A stretch of 64,000 bases of DNA from positions 44-64,043 of the forward strand of contig CALGNK010000027.1 of NCBI GenBank assembly GCA_937958695.1, written 5' to 3'. Source of the DNA: an uncultured bacterium. GTDB lineage: Bacteria; DUMJ01. A model generated the notes under the pieces. That model saw only the letters and a program-made list of their open reading frames with translations. It made no database searches and had not been told where the DNA came from. A program made the translations under genes and the position numbers. Each line of letters starts with the position of its first letter. Position 1 is the first letter of the stretch. This document shows positions 1 through 9,069 of this stretch, piece after piece.

Positions 1-2
1 AG

Positions 3-641
3 GAAGGTATCTCAGGTGCAGATTATTTTATCTCTGCCATAGGCTCTTCTATTGAAATTTTTGGAAGATATGAAGAGGTGATGGACTACGAAGGAAACAT
101 CATAAGAGCAGATAAATTATTGGAATTTGTTAGAGAGGTAGTAACAGACTATACTGTGCGTCAGCTCTTACATAATGGCATCGCTGGAGAGCTCTCATCC
201 CTTACAAGGTTTTATCTACTCTGGAGATGGACTTATCAAGAGGCAAAAGTAGAGTTTGATGAAGCAAGAAAACTTGCCCAAAGTGTGGGGATAGACTTGA
301 CAAAAGAATGGAATAAGGGATTTATTATAAAAAACAAGGAATTTATAAAAGTCTTAGGTCCACATGAAAGAGATTATAAAGATCTTAAGGATCCGGAAGA
401 ACTTATTGATGTACTTCACTATGTGCTTCTCCTATGGGAAGATGGTAAAAGAGAGGAGATAAAAAAAGTACTTTTGGAAAAGGGCTTTGGCTCCAAAGAA
501 GCCTTTTATAAGGTTGCCCAAGCCATATCTGAAACATTACCTATAGAGAGTAAAGAGAAGAAACTTTTAGATGGTTTTCTTTCTGGTAGAGAAAAGTTAT
601 TAAGTGAATTAAATAAATATAGACATGGGAGGTTATTATGA
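3..641 (+). CDS. DUF1156-family adenine-specific DNA methylase, C-terminal part (5' truncated by window edge)
   Basis: The frame is open from position 3 (EGISGADYFISAIGSSIEIFGRYEEVMDYEG...). GISGADxFISAIG, TRFYLLWRW and FDEARKLA are typical of DUF1156 C-termini. Its stop overlaps the DUF499 start (ATGA). Confidence 0.8.
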   Translation, partial: EGISGADYFISAIGSSIEIFGRYEEVMDYEGNIIRADKLLEFVREVVTDYTVRQLLHNGIAGELSSLTRFYLLWRWTYQEAKVEFDEARKLAQSVGIDLTKEWNKGFIIKNKEFIKVLGPHERDYKDLKDPEELIDVLHYVLLLWEDGKREEIKKVLLEKGFGSKEAFYKVAQAISETLPIESKEKKLLDGFLSGREKLLSELNKYRHGRLL

Positions 642-3190
642 AGCCTTTTTCAAGTATAGCAATCCCTCATAGGGATATAATTGAAGGCAGACTTACAATG
701 GATGTCTTTGCAGCAGACTTATGGGAGGTATTTAAAGGAAGGGCACCAGAGGAATATCAAAATCCTGATGAATTTTTTAGAAAAACTTATCTCACGTATG
801 GATTAAATAATCTATTAAATATTGCAGAGAAGAGACTTCAAGGAAAAGGTGGAGATCCAGTCATTCAGATTCAAACTCCCTTTGGAGGAGGAAAAACCCA
901 CTCTTTAATTGCCCTTTATCACAAAGCAAAAGACTGGAATGCCAAAGTTGTAGTTTTTTCTGGAGATAAATTCTCTGTAGGTGAAGAGGAACCATCTCTT
1001 TGGCAAGAGATAGAAAGACAACTCGAAGGAAGGATAGAAAAATTAAAAGGTTTTGTAACACCAGGCGGTGAGAGGATAAGAGAAGTTCTTTCAAAACATC
1101 AACCTCTCATTATACTATTAGACGAAATTCACGAGTATGTTTCAAAAGCGTTAGGGATAAAAGTTGGAGATTCAAATCTTGCTCAACAAACTATTACTTT
1201 CATCCAAGAGTTTACTGGTGTGATAAGAACTCTGGATAAGACTATTCTATTTGTTTCACTACCATCAAGCAATCCCTATAGAGATGAAAAATCAGAAGAG
1301 ATTTTGTTGAGCTTACAAAATATCTTGGGTAGGGTAGAAAAAATATATACACCGGTACAGGATGAAGAGATATCAGAAGTAATTAGGAAAAGACTTTTTA
1401 GTAGTATTGATGAAGATGAAGCTAAAAAAGTAATAGAAGAATTTCTGGATTATGCAGAGAGGGAAAAATTACTTCCTGAAGGAATTGAAAGAGTACATTA
1501 TAGAGAAAGATTCATAAAAAGTTATCCTTTCCAGCCCGAGGTAATTGATGTTTTATACAAGCGATGGGGAAGCTTTCCAAAATTTCAGAGAACAAGAGGT
1601 GTGCTAAGAATTCTTGCCCTAGTAGTACATTCATTAAAGGATTCTCGTATCCCTTTTATAAGATTAGGAGATTTTAAATTGGAAAATGAAGAGATAAGAA
1701 GGGAACTTGTAAATTATATCGGTTCAGAGTTTGATAGCATTATAAGTCAAGATATAACTTCAAGCGATTCTGGATCCGAAAAAGTGAATAGAAATCTTGG
1801 AGGTGCCTACCTTCCATTTTCATTTGGGACAAAGTGCGCCACTGCAATTTTTATGTATTCCTTCTCGGGCGGACAGGAGAAGGGAGCTACCCCTAATGAA
1901 ATTAAGCTTGCCTGCGCAGATCCTTCTGTACCGAGCAGTATAGTTGCGGAAGTAATAACACAGCTAAAGGAAAATCTATTTTATATTTCAGACACTGGAT
2001 TATTCTTCAATAACCAGCCAAACCTAAACCGTATTCTTTTAGATAAAATGGAGAACATCAGCGAGAATGAATTGGAATACGAGGAAAAAATTCTTCTAGA
2101 AAGTCTTTCTAAAAGTCAGTATTTTAAGACATACATTTGGCCCAATAATTCAAGAGATATTCCCGATACAAAAGATTTAAAACTGATTATTCTAAAAGAT
2201 AAGGGAAAAATTAGGGGGATTTTTGAAAATTGTGGAGATAAACCAAGGGTTCACCGTAACACCCTTATATTTCTCTCTCAACTGGAATCTGCAAAAGTAT
2301 CTTTCTATAACTTTTTAAAGAAAAAAATAGCATGGAGGTATATAAAAAGTGACAAAAATTTACATCTAACTGAGGAGCAAAAGAAGGAGGTGGAAAATAG
2401 CGTAAAAACAACCGAAAATGAAGCAAAAAGACAGGTAAGAGAGCTCTACCGTACTGTATTAGTTCCATCAAAAGATGGATTTAAAGAGATAGATTTAGGT
2501 ATTCCTACCGATAGAGATGATATTATTGTAGAAAGGGAAATATATGAAAAGTTGAGAAGCGATGGAGAAATTCTCGAGAGATTAAGTCCATTAACCATAA
2601 AGGAAAAATATCTAAAAGATAATGAATATGTTTTAACAAAGAACATAATAGAATCCTTTTATAAAACACCAGGAGAAATAAGAATAACTAAAGATGAGAT
2701 TCTTATAGACGCCATTAAAGAAGGCATCAAGCAGGGTTTGTTTGGAGCAGGCTACTTAGAAAATGGTACGCCTGTGCCTCAATACTATAAAAAAGAATAT
2801 CAACCAAGTTTAGAAGAAACTGAAATCATTATTAAGGCAGAATTATGCCAGAAACTGGATATAGAGGAGGAAATTAAAAAAGGGGATGATACTTACGTAC
2901 AAATCCGACCTATTGAACTTAAAGAAGAGATAAAAGGGGAAGAAGAGTCAAAAGGAAGATTTAAGTCTTATAAAAAAATCTATCTTAAATTAAGCACTAG
3001 ACCAGGAAAACTTTCAGACATTGTAAGAATAATTAATTTAATTAATAATAAAGATAAGTTTGAGGATGTAGAAATAACTGTAACCATATCTGCTCAAAAT
3101 GGAGAAATAACAATAGAAGATTATGAAAATAAGATCAAAGAAGCTATAGAGCAAGCAAGGATTACACTAATAGAAGAATATTTTGAATAA
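638..3190 (+). CDS. DUF499-family AAA+/P-loop ATPase (BREX-related defence system component)
   Basis: N-terminal PHxDI...FAADL, Walker A TPFGGGKTHS, Walker B LIILLDE, SYPFQPE and FQRTRGVLR motifs; adjacent to DUF1156. Confidence 0.9.
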   Translation: MKPFSSIAIPHRDIIEGRLTMDVFAADLWEVFKGRAPEEYQNPDEFFRKTYLTYGLNNLLNIAEKRLQGKGGDPVIQIQTPFGGGKTHSLIALYHKAKDWNAKVVVFSGDKFSVGEEEPSLWQEIERQLEGRIEKLKGFVTPGGERIREVLSKHQPLIILLDEIHEYVSKALGIKVGDSNLAQQTITFIQEFTGVIRTLDKTILFVSLPSSNPYRDEKSEEILLSLQNILGRVEKIYTPVQDEEISEVIRKRLFSSIDEDEAKKVIEEFLDYAEREKLLPEGIERVHYRERFIKSYPFQPEVIDVLYKRWGSFPKFQRTRGVLRILALVVHSLKDSRIPFIRLGDFKLENEEIRRELVNYIGSEFDSIISQDITSSDSGSEKVNRNLGGAYLPFSFGTKCATAIFMYSFSGGQEKGATPNEIKLACADPSVPSSIVAEVITQLKENLFYISDTGLFFNNQPNLNRILLDKMENISENELEYEEKILLESLSKSQYFKTYIWPNNSRDIPDTKDLKLIILKDKGKIRGIFENCGDKPRVHRNTLIFLSQLESAKVSFYNFLKKKIAWRYIKSDKNLHLTEEQKKEVENSVKTTENEAKRQVRELYRTVLVPSKDGFKEIDLGIPTDRDDIIVEREIYEKLRSDGEILERLSPLTIKEKYLKDNEYVLTKNIIESFYKTPGEIRITKDEILIDAIKEGIKQGLFGAGYLENGTPVPQYYKKEYQPSLEETEIIIKAELCQKLDIEEEIKKGDDTYVQIRPIELKEEIKGEEESKGRFKSYKKIYLKLSTRPGKLSDIVRIINLINNKDKFEDVEITVTISAQNGEITIEDYENKIKEAIEQARITLIEEYFE

Positions 3191-3291
3191 CTAATGAATT
3201 TATAACGATTTATGTGATTTTGGCCGATAAGTATTACAAACATATGATACACAGATTTACTTGACGCAAGTTTGACACCCTAAAATTTAAA

Positions 3292-3312
3292 AACTCGCAT
3301 GGCTAGCGGGTT
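3292..3312. terminator. Possible stem-loop/terminator downstream of DUF499
   Basis: AACTCGC-atggcta-GCGGGTT, a 7-bp stem with one G-U pair, preceded by an A run. There is no strong U-tract on +. Confidence 0.3.
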
Positions 3313-3323
3313 ATCTTAACTTT

Positions 3324-3351
3324 TAGACCTCAGGCGTAGGCACCAGGTCTA
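3324..3351. repeat. Inverted repeat TAGACCT-N14-AGGTCTA
   Basis: Perfect 7-bp inverted repeat; the GC-rich spacer runs into GGCACCA (3339-3345). Confidence 0.4.
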
Positions 3352-3625
3352 CTTTACTGTACTTGTAGGGACGTAAATTGATGATCCAGAAAGGCGATAA
3401 AGGGTTAGGCATTAGAGGTTCAAAAAAGATATTAAACCCCTAACAGGTAGGTAATGATAATTTTGCATTTTTAGGTAGATTTTGCAAGGTTATAGGTCTT
3501 ATACAGGGGTAAAAATTTATAGAAATTTTTGATGTAAGATCCCCTAAGAGGGTATTTTTGATGTCTAGTTCGAAGGTGAAACCATATGATGTCCGAACTC
3601 CTGTCCGAATTTCATCCCAGCTAAT

Positions 3626-3655
3626 TTGCTCTCTTTTAGGAGCCTATGGTATAAT
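3626..3655 (+). promoter_or_regulatory. Sigma70-type promoter for the GT4 operon
   Basis: TTGCTC-18 nt-TATAAT with extended -10 TGgTATAAT; strong RBS AGGAGGTGA before ATG 3757. Confidence 0.6.
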
Positions 3656-3756
3656 ATATTTAAGTAAAAAGATTAAAATCATTATTATCCTTTTTCAACT
3701 TAAACTGTAAGGTTATTCTTTTTATTAAAAACACATTCTTTAGGAGGTGATAGGGA

Positions 3757-4941
3757 ATGAGATTAGCATTTATAAGTACTTATCCACCTCAGGAATGTGG
3801 AATAGCTAATTTTACAAGGGACTTGGTGGAAGCTGTACTAAACAATGGTAAGAATGTAGAGGTATCTATCTTTGCTCCTACAGATTCTGATATCGACTTA
3901 GATTTTGACTATAGAAGATCATTTTTGATATTTCCTGGAAAAGATAGTTACATAGATACTGCAGATACTATAAATTCATTAGATATAGACTGTGTATCAC
4001 TACAGCATGAGTATGGTCTATTCTCTGGAAAAGATGGGAAAGATATCTTATATCTTTTAGAGAGACTCAATGTTCCTGTAGTTACCACACTACATACAAT
4101 ACTGACAGAACCAACAGAAAGCCAGAAGTATATATTGAGAGAGATAGGGAATCTCTCTAGATATCTAGTAGTTATGGCACCTAGCGGTATTAGATTACTA
4201 AAGGACATATACGGAATAGATGAGAAAAAGGCTATATTTATATATCATGGAATTCCAAACCTCTTACCAACAATATCCAAAGAAGAGATGAAAAATAGGT
4301 TAGGCATACCAGAAGATACATTTATCCTTTCTACATTTGGGCTTCTCAGTGAGGGAAAAGGGATTGAATACGTGCTTTGGGCTCTGCCTAAGATACTAGA
4401 AGAATTTAATGTTAAATATCTGATCATAGGTAGAACCCATCCTAAGGTTGTAAGGAATGAAGGAGAAAAATACAGAGAGAAATTAATAAAGATAACATCA
4501 GAGCTAGGTATTGAGGATAACGTTATTTTCGTAAATAGATACCTTACCCAAGAAGAGATAATAAATTATCTTGAGATGACCGATATCTATATAACTCCAT
4601 ATCTAAATCCTCAGCAGATAACTAGCGGAACACTCTCGTATGCTATAGGTCTAGGGAAGGTTGTAGTGTCAACACCTTATATATATGCCAAAGATATGTT
4701 ATCTGGAGGAAGAGGATTTCTCTGTAAATTCAGAGATCCCAATTCAATAGTAGATATAGTCTTTTACCTATTAAGGAACCCTGATGAGCTTGATAGGACT
4801 AGAAAAAAGATACTAAATCTTAGGGAAGAGATGAGCTGGAGTAATGTTGGGGCTAAGTATATCAAACTCTTTCAGGAGGTGACAGCCAATGAACTATATA
4901 TGTATAAAGGGTTATCCAGAGCTCTCTATCGCACATCTTAA
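3757..4941 (+). CDS. Glycosyltransferase family 4 (GT-B), mannosyltransferase-like
   Basis: STYPPQECGIA, QHEYGLF, TTLHT, FGLLSEGKGIEY and QITSGTLSYA motifs. Confidence 0.9.
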   Translation: MRLAFISTYPPQECGIANFTRDLVEAVLNNGKNVEVSIFAPTDSDIDLDFDYRRSFLIFPGKDSYIDTADTINSLDIDCVSLQHEYGLFSGKDGKDILYLLERLNVPVVTTLHTILTEPTESQKYILREIGNLSRYLVVMAPSGIRLLKDIYGIDEKKAIFIYHGIPNLLPTISKEEMKNRLGIPEDTFILSTFGLLSEGKGIEYVLWALPKILEEFNVKYLIIGRTHPKVVRNEGEKYREKLIKITSELGIEDNVIFVNRYLTQEEIINYLEMTDIYITPYLNPQQITSGTLSYAIGLGKVVVSTPYIYAKDMLSGGRGFLCKFRDPNSIVDIVFYLLRNPDELDRTRKKILNLREEMSWSNVGAKYIKLFQEVTANELYMYKGLSRALYRTS

Positions 4942-5953
4942 GAGACTTACAGATTGCTTTGGAATAATACAGCATTCTAAATATGGAATCCCAGATAAAA
5001 AGACTGGCTATACGACAGATGATAATGCTAGGGCTCTATTTGTAACACTCAAATATTGGAATATTATAAAGGAAGAAGATTTACTAGAACTGGCAAGGAC
5101 ATATCTAGGGTTTATATGGTATGTCCTTAGAGATGATGGATGGATTCATAATTTCGTCTCCTATGATAAGAGGTTCTTAGATGATATAGGCTCTGAGGAT
5201 AGCTTTGGTAGAACATTTCTAGCCTGTGCATATACTTACAATACTGCACCTACAGACATGGCACTGTGTGCAAGAGAAATCCTAGACAGAATGAAATTTC
5301 ATATAAATAAAATAAAATCTCCAAGAGCTATATCGTTCCTTCTTACAGGATATACCTTCTACAGAGAGGAAAAGAACATAATTTTTGATCTAGCAGAGAA
5401 AATAATAGGGCTATATAGGGATAATGCCAAGAATAATTGGAAGTGGATAGAACCTTACTTAGCCTATGATAATGGCATCATACCAGTAGGTCTTTTCTCT
5501 AGCTATCTGGTCTTGAAAGACAAGATACTTTTAGATGTAGCATTAGAAATGCTTGACTTCTTAGCTAATTATTCGTTTAAAAATGGTATCTTTATACCAC
5601 CTGGTAATGAGAGATGGGAATTGAATATAAACGGTGAAGGAAGACCGATGTTTGACCAACAACCCTTAGAGGCCTCATCATTTATAGAGGCATGTAAGAT
5701 AGCGTTCCACATAACTAAGGATAATAAATACATAAAATGGGCTATGAACGCCTTTGATTGGTTCTTTGGAAAGAACATAATAGGCGAAGATGTTTATGAT
5801 GCTACCATTAAAGCCTGCAGAGACGGGATTAATAGATATGGATTGAACTTGAATACTGGAGCAGAATCTACAATCTCATACCTTTCAGCTTATCTCTCCA
5901 TATATGAGATGTTAACAGAAGAAACCTTACATATCCTTCAGGGGGTGATATAA
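4889..5953 (+). CDS. Six-hairpin glycosidase-like protein (domain often fused to the C-terminus of this GT4 subfamily)
   Basis: GYTTDDNARAL, SEDSFGR, YDN, FDQQPLEA, WFFGKN and NxGAEST motifs; own RBS AGGAGGTG upstream of the ATG. Confidence 0.8.
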   Translation: MNYICIKGYPELSIAHLKRLTDCFGIIQHSKYGIPDKKTGYTTDDNARALFVTLKYWNIIKEEDLLELARTYLGFIWYVLRDDGWIHNFVSYDKRFLDDIGSEDSFGRTFLACAYTYNTAPTDMALCAREILDRMKFHINKIKSPRAISFLLTGYTFYREEKNIIFDLAEKIIGLYRDNAKNNWKWIEPYLAYDNGIIPVGLFSSYLVLKDKILLDVALEMLDFLANYSFKNGIFIPPGNERWELNINGEGRPMFDQQPLEASSFIEACKIAFHITKDNKYIKWAMNAFDWFFGKNIIGEDVYDATIKACRDGINRYGLNLNTGAESTISYLSAYLSIYEMLTEETLHILQGVI

Positions 5954-5955
5954 GG

Positions 5956-7302
5956 ATGAAGGTCTTTATACTAGCAGGAGGTAAAGGGACCAGGCTATGG
6001 CCACTTTCTAGAGAGAAATATTCAAAACAATTCTTAAGACTTATAGATGGAAAGGAGCTTTTAGAATCTACCTATGATAGGGTATTAAATCTCGTTGAAC
6101 CGAGTGATATAATTACTGTTACAAACTCTGACTATTATTTCTATGTAAAAGACATATGCTCTAGATTCTCTAGGGAGATGGAAGATAATATTATCTGTGA
6201 ACCGGTAGGAAGAAATACTGCTCCAAGTATAGCTATAGCCTGCCAATATGTGATAGACGTTTTAAAAAGTAATCCGGATGAAGTGATCTTTGTATTTCCT
6301 TCAGACCATATGATAAAACCAATAGAAAGTTTTATAAGATATATGAGTATAGGTAAAGAAGTAGCAGAAAAAGGTTATCTGGTCATATTTGGTATAAAGC
6401 CCAATAGACCAGAAACCGGTTACGGATATATACACCTAGGGGATAATATGGGTAAGTTTAATATAGTCAATAGGTTCATCGAAAAGCCTAGTTTAGAAAA
6501 GGCTAAACTCTATATAAAAGATGGTAACTTTTTATGGAATTCAGGCATATTCGCTTTTAAGATATCTACATTCTTAGAAGAACTAACGCATCACCAACCT
6601 GAGATTTACAGCATTATAAGCAAAGGCTATGAAAGCGCAATAAAAAACTTTGAAAAAATGCCACCCATATCGATAGATTATGGCATTATGGAGAAATCAA
6701 AGAGAGTGGCAGTAGTTCCAGTCTCTAATATGTTATGGAGTGATATAGGTTCATGGGATGCGCTATATGAGATTAGGGAAAAGGATGAGGATGGTAATGT
6801 GCTTATAGGGGATGTGTACCCTCTAGAGACAAAAAATTCTCTTATATTTAGTAATAACAGATTAGTAGCAACCATTGGTGTAGAAGACCTCATAGTGATA
6901 GAGACAGACGATGTTGTCCTTATAACTAAAAAGGGAAATGGTCAATTAGTTAAAGAATTGATAGAGAGACTAAAGGCAGAAAAGAGAGAAGAGGTGATAA
7001 ATCATACAGAGGTATTTGAGGTTTGGGGTAGACATAAGACTATAGAGGATGGGGACCACTACAAAGTAAGAAGACTTTTTGTAAAACCTGGATGCCTTAT
7101 AGAGTCAGAATTTCACAGGAGAAGGATGGAACACTGGATAGTAACAAGAGGACTTGGAGAATTGGAGACCAACGACAAGAGATATAGGCTGAAAGAGGGG
7201 GATAGTATAGTGATACCAAACTGTAGTTTACATGGGGTAAGGAATATAGGAGATACACCTCTAGAAGTTATAGAAATACAAATGGAAAATAGTTATAATT
7301 AA
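5956..7302 (+). CDS. manC: Mannose-1-phosphate guanylyltransferase with C-terminal cupin (PMI-like) domain
   Basis: ILAGGKGTRLWPLSR, KQF, EPVGRNTAP, PETGYGYI, FIEKP, WNSG, SIDY and WSDIGSW motifs. Confidence 0.9.
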   Translation: MKVFILAGGKGTRLWPLSREKYSKQFLRLIDGKELLESTYDRVLNLVEPSDIITVTNSDYYFYVKDICSRFSREMEDNIICEPVGRNTAPSIAIACQYVIDVLKSNPDEVIFVFPSDHMIKPIESFIRYMSIGKEVAEKGYLVIFGIKPNRPETGYGYIHLGDNMGKFNIVNRFIEKPSLEKAKLYIKDGNFLWNSGIFAFKISTFLEELTHHQPEIYSIISKGYESAIKNFEKMPPISIDYGIMEKSKRVAVVPVSNMLWSDIGSWDALYEIREKDEDGNVLIGDVYPLETKNSLIFSNNRLVATIGVEDLIVIETDDVVLITKKGNGQLVKELIERLKAEKREEVINHTEVFEVWGRHKTIEDGDHYKVRRLFVKPGCLIESEFHRRRMEHWIVTRGLGELETNDKRYRLKEGDSIVIPNCSLHGVRNIGDTPLEVIEIQMENSYN

Positions 7303-7306
7303 CTAT

Positions 7307-8191
7307 ATGGAATGCGCTAGAGAGAAGGATAGAATAGTCTCATACCTGAGGGGGAAGCTTGAAGAGGAGAAGAAGGATGGGTTTGTCATTGGACTAAGTG
7401 GAGGCATAGACTCATCAGTAACAGCCCATCTTCTCAAAGAGGCAGTGGGCAAGGATAGAGTCTTAGCCTTAATTATGCCAGAGTTAGACTCTGATCCGTC
7501 TAGCAAGAGAGATGCTATAAAAGTAGCCAAAGCTCTTGGCATTAGATATAGAGTAATCCCTATAACTAAAGCCCTCTGGTCCATAGGGGTGTATAGAGAG
7601 GTCCCCCTATGGATTTTCTTTTTTAGATCAATAAAAATTAAAGTAATAACAAGTATGTATGAGAAGTATACACAGATACTAGGTAAGCCACTGTTCTTTG
7701 CTCTTAAGGAGAAAATAGACCCTAGTCTACACTGGTTCAATAAGAGTAAGGCATATTACGGTATAAAACACAGGATAAGAATGGCAGTTCTGTATTTTTG
7801 GGGAGAGCGAGAAAATTATCTAGTTGTTGGTTGTACAAATCTAACAGAAAAGCTTATAGGATTCTACGTAAAATATGGAGACGATGCTTCAGACATATCT
7901 CCCATATCACATCTATACAAGACAGAGATTATAGAATTAGCCAGATATTTAGGGGTTCCAAAAGAGATAATAGAGAAAGAACCAACTCCAGATCTTATAC
8001 CTGGCATTACCGACGAAAAAAGTCTCGGTATGAGTTATAAAGACATAGACTTTCTCTTAGAAAATTTTGAACATGGAAAACAACCAGATGAGATAGAAAA
8101 CAAAATAGATAAGAGAATAGTAAAATTACTCTATGAGCAGTACTTATGGGTAAAAAATCAGGATAAAAAACCTTGGAGGTTAGAAAGATGA
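7307..8191 (+). CDS. nadE: NH3-dependent NAD+ synthetase-family protein (atypical, with insertion)
   Basis: PP-loop GLSGGIDSS, RIRM, GFYVKYGD, LYKTEI and KEPTPDL motifs; no glutaminase domain. Confidence 0.75.
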   Translation: MECAREKDRIVSYLRGKLEEEKKDGFVIGLSGGIDSSVTAHLLKEAVGKDRVLALIMPELDSDPSSKRDAIKVAKALGIRYRVIPITKALWSIGVYREVPLWIFFFRSIKIKVITSMYEKYTQILGKPLFFALKEKIDPSLHWFNKSKAYYGIKHRIRMAVLYFWGERENYLVVGCTNLTEKLIGFYVKYGDDASDISPISHLYKTEIIELARYLGVPKEIIEKEPTPDLIPGITDEKSLGMSYKDIDFLLENFEHGKQPDEIENKIDKRIVKLLYEQYLWVKNQDKKPWRLER

Positions 8192-9069
8192 GTACTGAGC
8201 TCTCTAAAAATGATAGGTATCTAATAATCAATGCAGACGACTTAGGAATGTGTCATTCTTCTAATCAAGCCATATTTAAACTATTTGAAGAAGGGTTCAT
8301 AACATCAAGTACAGTGATGGCTCCTTGCCCCTGGATAAAGGAGGTAGCAGAGTTCTACAAAACACATCCTGAGGTGGATATTGGGGTGCACTTAACATTT
8401 ACAAGTGAGTGGAAATTGTACAAGTGGGGACCAGTAACAAGAAACGGTTCAGTAAATTCTCTAATAACAAAAGAAGGCTATTTCCCAGAAAGTGCAGAGG
8501 AGGTAGAGCTCAATGCTAAAAAGGAAGAGGTAAAAGAGGAGATTAAAAATCAGATAGAGTTAGTAATAAACTTAGGAATAAAACCCTCTCACTTAGATAA
8601 CCATATGGGGAGTCTATACGGACTTAAATATGGTAATAGCTTCTTAGATATAGTCTTTGAATTTTGTAAAATGTATAATTTCCCCTTTAGATTGCCTAAA
8701 AATTTAGACGAGGAGACCAAAAGAATACTCCCCCAAAAAGCTATCTCTAACTATGAGATGATAGTTGACTTAGCGGATAAAATCGGGGTAAGGTTGATAG
8801 ACTATCTAGTATCTTACTCTTTTTCTCTAGAAAATGGAGAAGACTATAGAGCATTCAAGAGGAAAGTGATAGATATAATCAGAAATCTAAAGGCTGGCGT
8901 GAGTGAGCTTTATATACATCCTGGATTAGCTACTGAAGAATTAAAAGGTATAAATCCACATTGGGAAAAGCGACAAATGGAATTTGATCTATTTAGAGAT
9001 GAAGAACTATACAAGATAATTCAGGAAGAAGGCATAAAGCTGATAAGCTGGAAAGATATTAAAAACTAG
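8188..9069 (+). CDS. YdjC/ChbG-family carbohydrate deacetylase
   Basis: LIINADDLG, GVHL, HLDNHMG and ELYIHP motifs. ATG 8188 has a GGAGG RBS and overlaps the nadE stop (ATGA). Confidence 0.85.
   Translation: MSTELSKNDRYLIINADDLGMCHSSNQAIFKLFEEGFITSSTVMAPCPWIKEVAEFYKTHPEVDIGVHLTFTSEWKLYKWGPVTRNGSVNSLITKEGYFPESAEEVELNAKKEEVKEEIKNQIELVINLGIKPSHLDNHMGSLYGLKYGNSFLDIVFEFCKMYNFPFRLPKNLDEETKRILPQKAISNYEMIVDLADKIGVRLIDYLVSYSFSLENGEDYRAFKRKVIDIIRNLKAGVSELYIHPGLATEELKGINPHWEKRQMEFDLFRDEELYKIIQEEGIKLISWKDIKN

Larger units (their letters stand above)
3261..3609. repeat. Non-coding region with several short direct-repeat pairs; probable right boundary of a genomic island
   Basis: TTGAC x2 (3261, 3272), ATTTTGCA x2 (3460, 3479), ATTTTTGATGT x2 (3525, 3554) and TGTCCGAA x2 (3590, 3602). 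It separates the defence genes from host-like genes. Confidence 0.45.

Noticed and set aside
3330-3345. Possible tRNA gene ending in GGCACCA
   Set aside because: No T-loop (GTTCRA) or cloverleaf upstream; at most a remnant.
3191-3756. CRISPR array, riboswitch or small ORF in the longest intergenic region
   Set aside because: Repeats are 11 bp or shorter with only two copies each; no repeat-spacer periodicity and no recognisable riboswitch consensus.
7303-7740. 145-aa minus-strand ORF
   Set aside because: Antisense to nadE; no recognisable domain.
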